Shown: positions 19,301 to 27,080 of the stretch, one piece after another
Position numbering within the stretch: position 1 is the stretch's first letter
Layout of the letters: each line of letters begins with the position of its first letter
Assembly: GCA_026646655.1 (NCBI GenBank)
Contig: JAPKHT010000006.1
Location: 4,183 to 68,182 of the forward strand
From: Verrucomicrobiia bacterium
GTDB taxonomy: Bacteria; Verrucomicrobiota; Verrucomicrobiia; JADLBR01
Direction of reading: 5' to 3'
DNA: 64,000 nt
Position numbers and translations under genes: made by a program
The notes under the pieces: generated by a model
The model's input: the letters and a program-made list of their open reading frames with translations, nothing else
The model's database searches: none
Told to the model about the DNA's origin: nothing

Positions 19301-20722
19301 TCAGGTGAGCGCCCGCGCCAGCGCCGCGATGCCCCCGCAGAGCACGATGCCCGGAACAAATGGCATCAGCGTGGCCAGCACAGTCCACTTCAAGCTCCGC
19401 GTCTCGCGCCATATGGTGTATATCGTCGTGGAGCACGGGTTGTGGCACAGGCTGAAGATCATGAGGCACACTCCGGTGAGCACCGTCCATCCGCCCGCAT
19501 CGAGCAACTGGCGGAACCTGTCGGCCTCCTCGACCTCGAACATCACGCCGGCGCCCGCGCCCGCCTGTCCCGTCACGAGGGCCGTGAGCATCAGCACCGT
19601 CGGGATCACGATCTCGTTCGCCGGGATCGCCACGACATAGGCCACCAGTATCACGCCGTTGAGCCCGAGCCACCAGGCCGGCGCATCCAGCGCGCCCACC
19701 ATCCAGTGCGCGAGCGACTGCCCACCCACGTGGACGTTCCCGATCAACCAGATCACTGCACCGGCCGGCATCGCGAACACCACCGCCCGAAATAGCACGA
19801 AAATCGTCCGGTCGATGATCGATGTGTAGAAGGTCCGCAGGATATTCGGCGGACGATAGGGCGGCAATTCCAGGCTGAACGTCGACGCCTCGCCACGCAG
19901 CACCGTCCGGCTCAGGACCAGCGACGCCAGCCATGTCAGCGCGAACCCCAGGCCCGCCACGCCCATCACCGCGCCCGCCGCCGCCATCCCGCCCAGCGCC
20001 GGCGGGAACAGCCCCCCGACGAACACGCTCGCGATCAGCATCTGCGTGGGCCACCGCCCGTTGCACAGCGCGAAATTGTTCGTCACGATTGCGATCAGGC
20101 GCTCGCGCGGCGAATCGATGATCCGGCAGGCCACCACCCCGGCCGCATTGCAGCCCAGGCCCATCGACATCGTCAGCGCCTGCTTTCCGTGCGCCCCCGC
20201 CGCCTTGAACATCCGGTCCAGGTTGAACGCCACCCGCGGCAGATAGCCAAAATCCTCCAGGATCGTGAAGAGCGGAAAGAAGATCGCCATGGGCGGCAGC
20301 ATCACGCTCACCACCCAGGCCGTGGTCAGGTACATCCCGTCCACCACGATCCCACGCAACCAACCGGGCGCGCCCATCGCGGCAAACACCTCGCGCAACC
20401 CGTGCCACCACCGGTCGATCAGCAGCTCCGCCAGCATCCCGGAGGGGTAGTTCGCCCCGGTGATCGTCAGCCAGAGCACGACCCCGAGCAGCAGCACCAT
20501 CGCCGGTATCCCGGTCCACCTGCCCGTGAGTATCCTGTCCAGCGCCTCCTGCCAGGCCAGCCGCATCGAACCACCCCGGCGCCGAACCCGCCTACCCGCG
20601 ATCTCCGACGACTCCGCGTAGATCGCCTCGGTGATCCGGTCGTTCAGGTCCGGGGGCAGTCTCCAACCCAGTTCGTGGGCCGCCTCCAGCACCGAACGGG
20701 CATCTGGCTTCGCCGCGCTCAC
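19301..20722 (-). CDS. feoB: ferrous iron transporter FeoB, membrane (permease) part
   Basis: From GTG 20722: VSAAKPDARSVLEAAH...ITEAIYAESSEI..., then gate/permease regions (LPRVAFNLDRMFKAAGAHGKQALTMSMGLGCN, PPYRPP). A different frame from the G-domain ORF. Confidence 0.8.
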   Translation of the reverse strand: MSAAKPDARSVLEAAHELGWRLPPDLNDRITEAIYAESSEIAGRRVRRRGGSMRLAWQEALDRILTGRWTGIPAMVLLLGVVLWLTITGANYPSGMLAELLIDRWWHGLREVFAAMGAPGWLRGIVVDGMYLTTAWVVSVMLPPMAIFFPLFTILEDFGYLPRVAFNLDRMFKAAGAHGKQALTMSMGLGCNAAGVVACRIIDSPRERLIAIVTNNFALCNGRWPTQMLIASVFVGGLFPPALGGMAAAGAVMGVAGLGFALTWLASLVLSRTVLRGEASTFSLELPPYRPPNILRTFYTSIIDRTIFVLFRAVVFAMPAGAVIWLIGNVHVGGQSLAHWMVGALDAPAWWLGLNGVILVAYVVAIPANEIVIPTVLMLTALVTGQAGAGAGVMFEVEEADRFRQLLDAGGWTVLTGVCLMIFSLCHNPCSTTIYTIWRETRSLKWTVLATLMPFVPGIVLCGGIAALARALT

Positions 20723-21531
20723 GGCCCGGCTCCAATCGCGGCTCCATCGCCAGCACCCAGTCGCGCGATCTCGCCCGTCCGCACGGCCTCCGTGATCCGC
20801 CGATCCCGGTGCAGCAGCCGCAGCGCCACCCACCGCGCCTGAGGCAGATCCCCGAACGCCCCCGCCACCATCGCGGTCAAACGATCCAGCGCCTCCGTCA
20901 GTCCAGGCACGCTCAGCCCCAGCCGCCGCGGGCGACACGCCACCTCGCCCACGCTCACCCCGTGAATCGCATCGAGCAACGCCACCATCCCCGCACCCTC
21001 CCGCGCGACGCACGCCACAACCGGAACCCCGAGATCTTCCGCGAGCCCATCCACGTCCACATCGATCCCCAGCGCCCGCGCCTCATCCATCAGATTCAGG
21101 CACACCACCACGCGATCCGTGATCTGGAGGACCTGCAGCGCCAGATTCAGATTTCTCTCCAGCGCGGTCGCATCGACCACGACCACCACCACGTCGGGCC
21201 TCCCAAACAATATGAAATCCCTCGCGACCTCCTCGTCGGGCGAAGCCGACAGCAGCGAGTACGTGCCCGGCAAATCAATCAGCCGATACCGCCGACCCCG
21301 GTACCCGAACCCACCTTCGGCGCGCGCAATCGTCTTGCCCGGCCAGTTGCCCGTGTGCTGCCGCAGTCCAGTCAGCCGATTAAACACCGTGCTCTTGCCC
21401 GTGTTCGGATTTCCCGCCAGCCCAACCACCGCATCCCAGGCCCCGGGCCGCAGGCCCAGCCGCGTTAACCCGGCGATCCGCGCCCCCGACGTCCCGCATC
21501 CCGAAGCCGCACAGCTACCGCATCCGCCCAT
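20719..21531 (-). CDS. feoB: FeoB N-terminal GTPase (G-domain) part
   Basis: 270 aa. GNPNTGKST (G1), DLPGTYSL (G3), NLMD (G4). GGAGGGAG RBS before ATG 21531. TGA at 20719 overlaps GTG 20722 of the permease ORF. Confidence 0.85.
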   Translation of the reverse strand: MGGCGSCAASGCGTSGARIAGLTRLGLRPGAWDAVVGLAGNPNTGKSTVFNRLTGLRQHTGNWPGKTIARAEGGFGYRGRRYRLIDLPGTYSLLSASPDEEVARDFILFGRPDVVVVVVDATALERNLNLALQVLQITDRVVVCLNLMDEARALGIDVDVDGLAEDLGVPVVACVAREGAGMVALLDAIHGVSVGEVACRPRRLGLSVPGLTEALDRLTAMVAGAFGDLPQARWVALRLLHRDRRITEAVRTGEIARLGAGDGAAIGAGP

Positions 21532-21549
21532 CGTCTGCTCCCTCCGCGA

Positions 21550-22470
21550 TCACACCTTCTCCACGAAAATCTGTTCCGCCTGCTCCCGCCGCAGGCCCAC
21601 CATCGTCCCCCGCACTCGATACGCCGTCGGATCGCCCAGCGGACCGGAAAACGCCGCCTCCACCACACTCCCGGGCACGATCCCCAGATCCAGCAACCGC
21701 GTCCGCTCGCTGCCCCGGCACGCCGGCGATATCCCAAGGACCCGCACCGCCTCCCCCACGCCCATGGCCGAAAGCCGCCGCTGCCCGAGCGGCACGCCCC
21801 CGACCGACGATGGCACCGCATGCACCCGCTCCGCCGCCGCCAGGCTGATCTCCTGACGCAACCCCTCGGCCTCAACAGACAGACGACCGCCGCCCCTCTC
21901 CACGACCCTCAGGCGCATCCCGGGCGCGAGCCCAAGCCGGGCGATCTCCGCAAAAACCGCCTCCGGCTCGTCCTCCAGATGCGTCACCACGAGATCCTCC
22001 CCAACCCCGAAACCCGTCAGCGGGCGCCCGGCCTGCCCCACGACCTCGCCCCCCCGCGTCGGAATCGGATCCCCGTGCGGATCAAACCTTGGGTTCCCCA
22101 GACTGTCCGCCAGCCGATCCTGCGCCGCCCGGCTCAGCCGATGCTCCTCCACCTCCGCGCGCCGATGCCACTCGTCCCCAGGGGTCCCCGTCCGGTTCGC
22201 CAGATACGTCTCGTACAAACGATGCGCCCGTATCACCGACAGCGCGTACGAATCACCGGCCTCCGTCAGCTCCAGGCATTCCCCGCGCCGTTCGACCAGA
22301 CCCGCGTCCACCAAGTCCGGCACCAGCTTCGCCACCCGGTCCAACCCCACCCCAAGCGCCCCGCCCGCGCTCGCCTCCGTCGCCGGAACCCCACGACCAC
22401 GACAGTCCCTCAAGTGCTTCAGCACGTCTTCCACCAGCACCCGCCTCGCCTCGCCCACCGGCAGCCTCAT
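21550..22470 (-). CDS. DtxR/IdeR-family metal-dependent regulator fused to an extra C-terminal FeoA domain
   Basis: LVDAGLVERRGECLELTEAG, VIRAHRLYETYL, EEHRLS...GNPRFDPHGDPIP (DtxR dimerisation/metal site). SH3-like domain, then a second FeoA-like module (LSAMGVGEAVRVLGIS...LLDLGIVPGSVVEA...RVRGTMVGLRREQAEQIFVE). Start is ATG 22470 (alternative 22506). Confidence 0.75.
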   Translation of the reverse strand: MRLPVGEARRVLVEDVLKHLRDCRGRGVPATEASAGGALGVGLDRVAKLVPDLVDAGLVERRGECLELTEAGDSYALSVIRAHRLYETYLANRTGTPGDEWHRRAEVEEHRLSRAAQDRLADSLGNPRFDPHGDPIPTRGGEVVGQAGRPLTGFGVGEDLVVTHLEDEPEAVFAEIARLGLAPGMRLRVVERGGGRLSVEAEGLRQEISLAAAERVHAVPSSVGGVPLGQRRLSAMGVGEAVRVLGISPACRGSERTRLLDLGIVPGSVVEAAFSGPLGDPTAYRVRGTMVGLRREQAEQIFVEKV

Positions 22471-22561
22471 GCCACACACTAGCACCCCTGAGGTAGGTCG
22501 CAACATCTTTGTTAGTTCTATATAACTCTCCGCGCGTTGCCTCCCGGCCGCCGAGCCGCCA

Positions 22562-22777
22562 TCAGTCCCGCCCTGGGCCCCCGTGCGCCTTGCGCCCGGT
22601 GACGCGCTCGTACGCAGCGCAAAAAGGGCAGATGCCCCGCTCCACACGGCTCACGAGCCAGTATGCCAGGCCCCGGCCCCGTGCCCTCGCCGTCCGGCAC
22701 ACCGGGCACTGGGCGCACACCTTCGCGAGCAGGCGGTCGAAACCGCTGGAGCCCTTGCCGCACTCATTATCCGACAT
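22562..22777 (-). CDS. small cysteine-rich protein (71 aa, 6 Cys)
   Basis: MSDNECGKGSSGFDRLLAKVCAQCPVCRTARARGRGLAYWLVSRVERGICPFCAAYERVTGRK. CxxCxxC and CxxC spacing suggests metal binding. It is the tail of shadow ORF 22562..23980, and is the first gene on the feo strand. Confidence 0.5.
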   Translation of the reverse strand: MSDNECGKGSSGFDRLLAKVCAQCPVCRTARARGRGLAYWLVSRVERGICPFCAAYERVTGRKAHGGPGRD

Positions 22778-22876
22778 GGCCCGATACTGCCGATCGCATC
22801 CAGATCCGCAACGCTCCGCCCAACATCCCATACCGCGCTTGCGCGCGGCGCCCGCCGGCCATACAAACCCAAAGCC

Positions 22877-24367
22877 ATGTCCGACGCCCACGCGCCGCGC
22901 CTCTTCGACAGCCTCTCGCGCGAGGTCAGGACGGTCGCGCCCGCGGACGGCAAGACCCTTCGCCTGTATTGCTGCGGGCCCACGGTTTACGGGCCGGCGC
23001 ACGTGGGCAACCTCCGCACGTTTCTGCTCCAGGACGTCTTCCGCCGCGTCGTCGAGCTCTCCGGCACGCCGACTCTCCACGTCCGCAATCTCACCGACGT
23101 CGACGACAAGACGATCCGCCAGTCCCAGGCCGAGGGCGTGCCGCTGTCCGAGTTTACCGCGCGCTGGACCGCCCGGATGCACGCCGACGCCGGTGCGCTG
23201 AACATCCTCCCGCCCCACCACGAGCCCGGCGCGGTCGCCCACATCCCCCACCAGATCCAACTCATCCAGCGCCTCGTGGAGGCACGTCACGCCTACGTCG
23301 CGCAAGACGGCTCCGTCTACTTCGACGTCAGCTCCTTCCCGCAATACGGTCGCCTCTCCCGACTCGCCGATCGCCAGATCACCACGGGCCAACACGCCCC
23401 CGCCACCGAAACGGATCGCGAGGAGGCCGACGAATACGCCCGCGACTCCGCCGCGGATTTCGCCCTCTGGAAGGCCAGGAAACCCGAGGACGGCCCCAAC
23501 TTCTGGCCGAGCCCGTGGGGCGACGGGCGGCCCGGATGGCACATCGAGTGCAGCGCCATGAGCATCGAGTACCTCGGCGATACCTTCGATGTCCACTCCG
23601 GCGGCGTGGATCTCATCTTCCCGCATCACGAGAACGAGATCGCGCAGAGCGAGGCCGCCACCGGATGCACGTTCGCCCGCCACTGGTTCCACATCGCCCA
23701 CCTCATGGTCGAGGACCGAAAGATGTCCAAGAGCCTCGGCAACCTCTTCACCCTGGACGACGTCAGGGGCCGCGGCTTTTCCCCCGAGACGCTGCGGTAC
23801 GTCCTCATCTCGGGCCACTACCGCCAGCCGCTCAATTTCACCTGGGACTCCCTGGCGGCCGCCCGCAGCGCGCTCGCGCGCATCGCGAAACTCGACGAAG
23901 CGCTCGCCGCGGTCGCACCGGATTCCGGGCCGCGCGGATGCCTTTCCACGACCCTTCTCCCGCTGGGCGACGCGCGCCACGGCATGGCTTCCTTCGCCCC
24001 GGCATGGGATGCCCTGCTCGATGACCTGAACACCCCCGCCGCCCTCGGCCGGCTGTTCACCGCCGCCGCCGAAGTCGAGTCACGGATCCGGTCGGGCGAG
24101 TTGCCCCCCGGTCAAGCGGGCGCCGAGAGAGGCGCTCTCCATCGCATCCTCTTCGCGCTCGGCCTCCGCCTTGTCGCCGAGGAGCCCCCCGCCCAGGCCC
24201 CGGAGAACATCCGCGCCCTCGCCGAAGCCCGATGGAATGCCAAGCAGTCGCGGGATTTCAAGGAGGCCGATCGCCTCCGCGCAGAGATCGAGTCCCGCGG
24301 CTGGATCGTCCGCGATGGCAAAGAAGGATTCGAGCTGAATAGAAAATTCCCTCAACCGAACGCGTGA
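22877..24367 (+). CDS. cysS: cysteinyl-tRNA synthetase
   Basis: ATG 22877: LYCCGPTVYGPAHVGNLRTF (HIGH-type), GRPGWHIECSAM, KMSKSLGN. Confidence 0.93.
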   Translation: MSDAHAPRLFDSLSREVRTVAPADGKTLRLYCCGPTVYGPAHVGNLRTFLLQDVFRRVVELSGTPTLHVRNLTDVDDKTIRQSQAEGVPLSEFTARWTARMHADAGALNILPPHHEPGAVAHIPHQIQLIQRLVEARHAYVAQDGSVYFDVSSFPQYGRLSRLADRQITTGQHAPATETDREEADEYARDSAADFALWKARKPEDGPNFWPSPWGDGRPGWHIECSAMSIEYLGDTFDVHSGGVDLIFPHHENEIAQSEAATGCTFARHWFHIAHLMVEDRKMSKSLGNLFTLDDVRGRGFSPETLRYVLISGHYRQPLNFTWDSLAAARSALARIAKLDEALAAVAPDSGPRGCLSTTLLPLGDARHGMASFAPAWDALLDDLNTPAALGRLFTAAAEVESRIRSGELPPGQAGAERGALHRILFALGLRLVAEEPPAQAPENIRALAEARWNAKQSRDFKEADRLRAEIESRGWIVRDGKEGFELNRKFPQPNA

Positions 24368-24400
24368 GCGTTTGGGCGCCGATCGCCCGAGGCGTGGGCT
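24352..24400 (+). repeat. REP-like core overlapping the cysS stop
   Basis: CCGAACGCGTGAGCGTTTGGGCGCCGATCGCCCGAGGC parallels 35157.. GTAGCCGAACGCGCGAGCGTTTGGCGGACGATCGCCCGGGGC. The TGA of cysS lies inside the core. Confidence 0.55.
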
Positions 24401-24447
24401 GCGTCTTCGGCGCCGGCAGGTGAGCGTCCGGGGCACGGGATCGAGCT

Positions 24448-24678
24448 GGTTATGCGGATGCCGCCAAGGCGGCACTACGAGCCTGGGGCTGCGGGAACGC
24501 TCGTAGTGCTGCCTTCAGGCAGCCCCGGCCCACCAGAAGTGCTAGCTCGAAAATTGCCGCATCGCTCCCCGTAGCCGAACGCGTCAGCGTTTGGCCGCCA
24601 AAGCCTCACGGCTTCGGCTACATTTTCTGCCCCGGTGGTGCCCCGAATGCCCGCCGTCAGGCGGGCGGCCGGGGCAAG
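24448..24678 (+). repeat. modular intergenic repeat, copy 3 (modules B + A(REP) + R), more diverged
   Basis: GGTTATGCGGATGCCGCCAAGGCGGCACTACGAGC...GCTCGTAGTGCTGCCTTCAGGCAGC...CTAGCTCGAAAATTGCCGCATCGCTCCCCGTAGCCGAACGCGTCAGCGTTTGGCC...GGCTTCGGCTACATTTTC. Collinear with the reverse complement of 14101..14370. Confidence 0.75.
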
Positions 24679-25006
24679 GTGACTCGAAAAAATACCATCG
24701 GCTCGCACAGAGCGGCCCGGGGACGATCCGCGCTCCACGGGCCTTCGGCCGAAATCAGGCGATGTCCCGAGACCATGGCGGCGCCCGGTTTCCCGTGCAG
24801 CGCTTTGGAGCGCGGTGCGTCCTCGCACCGCTTTGCGCCGAAGCGGGTGAGAAATATTTATCCCCCGGTGGTCCGGCGGCTGCCGGATGGGATCTTGTTC
24901 GAAACTTCGTGGCCATGGTCGCGGCTCCAGGTCCTCCCTCTCCGCGGCCCGCGACAAACCCTCCCTTGCCCCACACGCTCCCCGCGGCTATGCTTGATCA
25001 AGGAAA

Positions 25007-25579
25007 ATGGTTCTAGAGATCGTCAAGTATGGCCACCCCGCGCTCCGGACGCCCGGGGCCCGCATCGAGGAGATGACGCCCGAGTTGCGCCAGTTCGCAG
25101 AGGCCATGATCGACGCCATGCGCAAAGCCGAGGGTGTCGGCCTCGCCGCTCAGCAGGTCGCGCGTCCCATCCAGCTCTGCGTGCTCGATGTCCCCCAATC
25201 CGAAGATCGCCCCTCCACCCTGTGGATCGGCGGGCAATCCCGCCCGCTCGACAAGCACATGCCCATGGTGCTCATCAATCCCGAGGTCAAACCCGGCCGC
25301 GACAAGGTCCTCGGCACCGAGGGCTGCCTCAGTTTCCCGGAGATCAGCGCGGAGATCCGCCGCCCCGCGCGCTGCAAGGTCACCGCGCTGGACATCGACG
25401 GCAAGCCCATCGCGTTCGAGTGCGACGGCCTCCTGTCCCGCGCCATCCAGCACGAGGTCGATCACCTGAAGGGCATCCTCTTCATCGACCGCATGGATTC
25501 CGCCACCAAGCACAGCCTCAAGCGCGACATCCAGGCCATCCAGCAGGAAACCCTCCACGCGCTCAAGGCCGCGGCCTAG
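25007..25579 (+). CDS. def: peptide deformylase
   Basis: 190 aa. GVGLAAQQV, EGCLSFP, QHEVDHL: the three deformylase motifs. Confidence 0.93.
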   Translation: MVLEIVKYGHPALRTPGARIEEMTPELRQFAEAMIDAMRKAEGVGLAAQQVARPIQLCVLDVPQSEDRPSTLWIGGQSRPLDKHMPMVLINPEVKPGRDKVLGTEGCLSFPEISAEIRRPARCKVTALDIDGKPIAFECDGLLSRAIQHEVDHLKGILFIDRMDSATKHSLKRDIQAIQQETLHALKAAA

Positions 25580-25787
25580 CAGCCTGTCGGACTTCGCCAA
25601 GTCCGATCAGGCTGCTAGAAAGCAAAACCGCCTTAACAATAAAGAGTCATAACGGTGGTCCAAACGATGTCGCAAGGTCTCATGCGGGTTGACCCAACAA
25701 TTCACTCTCCTACGGAAACTGCTCATTTTCAAAAAGAAGGCGGTTTTGCCAGAGGAGTTTGCCGGACGAAGTCCGGCAAACTCCTAG
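25576..25787 (+). repeat. 212-nt structured AT-richer element, copy 1 (candidate MITE or ncRNA)
   Basis: About 88% identical (about 25 differences by hand alignment) to 47184..47394, same orientation. Hairpin CTAGCAGCCTG..CAGGCTGCTAG. Long-range stem GCAAAACCGCCTT...AAGGCGGTTTTGC. 14-bp hairpin GGAGTTTGCCGGAC-GAA-GTCCGGCAAACTCC. Bounded by CTAG at both ends. Confidence 0.85.
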
Positions 25788-25887
25788 GCGACTTCCGATC
25801 CCGCCCCCACGGGTGGCCACGAAATCGACTTGCGGGGAGACCGACCCGCGCCAAAATACCCGAACTTCAAACCACAGGAGGAACATC

Positions 25888-26364
25888 ATGGCAATCGCCG
25901 TCGGAACCAAAGCCCCCGATTTCACCCTCAAGTCCAAGGACGCCGAGGGCGTCAAAGATATCAAGCTGAGCGAGAATTTCGGCAAGAGGAACACCGTCCT
26001 GCTTTTCTTCCCACTCGCCTTCACGAGCGTCTGCACGAAGGAGATGTGCGACATCACGCAGGGCATCAAGGCCTATCAGGATCTCGATGCCGCCGTTTTC
26101 GGGATCAGCGTCGATAGCCCATTCTCCCAGGAGGCGTGGGCCCAGAAGGAGAAGATCGGCATCCCCCTCCTCAGCGACTTGAACAAGAAGACCGCCGCGG
26201 CTTATGGCGTCCTGCTCGACGATCTCCTCGGCTTCGGTTCCACCTCGGCCCGCGCCGCGTTCGTGATCGATAAGGGGGGCGTCGTGCGCTACGCCGAGCA
26301 GACCCCCACGCCCAAAGACCTCCCCGATTTCGCGAAGATCCAGGCGACGCTCAAGGGGCTCTGA
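25888..26364 (+). CDS. peroxiredoxin (AhpC/TSA family, AhpE/Bcp-like)
   Basis: ATG 25888 with AGGAGG 7 nt upstream. KAPDFTLKS..., LLFFPLAFTSVCTKEMC (peroxidatic Cys context). Confidence 0.88.
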   Translation: MAIAVGTKAPDFTLKSKDAEGVKDIKLSENFGKRNTVLLFFPLAFTSVCTKEMCDITQGIKAYQDLDAAVFGISVDSPFSQEAWAQKEKIGIPLLSDLNKKTAAAYGVLLDDLLGFGSTSARAAFVIDKGGVVRYAEQTPTPKDLPDFAKIQATLKGL

Positions 26365-26370
26365 GGCCCT

Positions 26371-27074
26371 TCAGCGCTCGACAAACACCCCGTCTCCAAA
26401 CGGGTTCGACACCGTGCCCCGGGCATTGCCCGGGGCACGGTGTCCGTGCGCCACGATGACGCCGCAATCCCTCACCCGGTAACCGTGCCCTTCGTTGTCG
26501 CGGGCTATGCTCTGCGCCGCGCGTATGGAGCCGCCCGATAGGGCCTGGAATCCCGCCAAGAAGCATCCCTCGGCCACGGCCTCGCCCGCATCGATCGAGC
26601 CACCATACTCGGCGACATAGCCCGAGCCCAGCCCCTGGCCACGATCATCCGCACCCCGCGAACGGGATCGGCAGGCATCGATGTGCCCGCCCATGTAGGC
26701 GAAATACCCAGCATCCCCAGAGCGTTCAACCGCGGTTCCCTGGCAACGGATCGTCCCGTTGCGCCGCGCCGTGAAGCCGTAGTAGAAGCCAGACACGACG
26801 ACGTTCGAGCCGCACCAAATATGGCCACCCTCATCAGCCAGGCATCGGTGAGAGACCCCGCATCCCCGGGCACCAGCACCTGCACGCGGTTGGATGCGCC
26901 CACATCCCAGCACTCGAATAGCCTGCCACCCTCCCCTTCGGCCCAACCGCCCGCAATGCACCACGCGCACACCACCACGAGCCACCGCGCCGCCCGGCCC
27001 ACCCCGGCCCCCGAGGCCTTGGCATCGCACGCCGACGACCAGCGCCCCGGCCCCAGCATGGTCGCGCCCGCCAT
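26371..27074 (-). pseudogene. secreted beta-helix-repeat protein, apparently split between two reading frames
   Basis: The signal/TM-like N-terminus (AARWLVVVCAWCIAGGWAEGEGGRLFECWDVGASNRVQVLVPGD) is in the frame of ORF 26505..27074. The repeat-bearing body (GGHIWCGSN, MGGHIDAC, YGGSIDAG, SGGSIRAA) is in the frame of ORF 26371..27030. The switch lies near 26825-26845. Confidence 0.4.
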
Positions 27075-27080
27075 CGCCCC

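Noticed and set aside
22471-22561. DtxR/Fur operator in the AT-rich stretch upstream of the DtxR-FeoA gene (TGAGGTAGGTCGCAACATC; GTTATATAGAACTAAC)
   Set aside because: It matches only about 9 of 19 positions of the DtxR box consensus TTAGGTTAGCCTAACCTAA and has no convincing Fur-box hexamers. This is too weak to call from sequence alone.
24475-24957. 160-aa minus-strand ORF in the cysS-def spacer
   Set aside because: It is Arg/Pro/Gly-rich, runs through repeat modules, and has no RBS or motif. The region is treated as non-coding.
25655-25969. ORFs reading through the 212-nt repeat (25655..25969 and the 5' part of 47262..48041)
   Set aside because: Comparing the two copies in that frame, nearly all nucleotide differences are non-synonymous, and the frame simply continues into unrelated flanks. 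The conserved features are stems, not codons.
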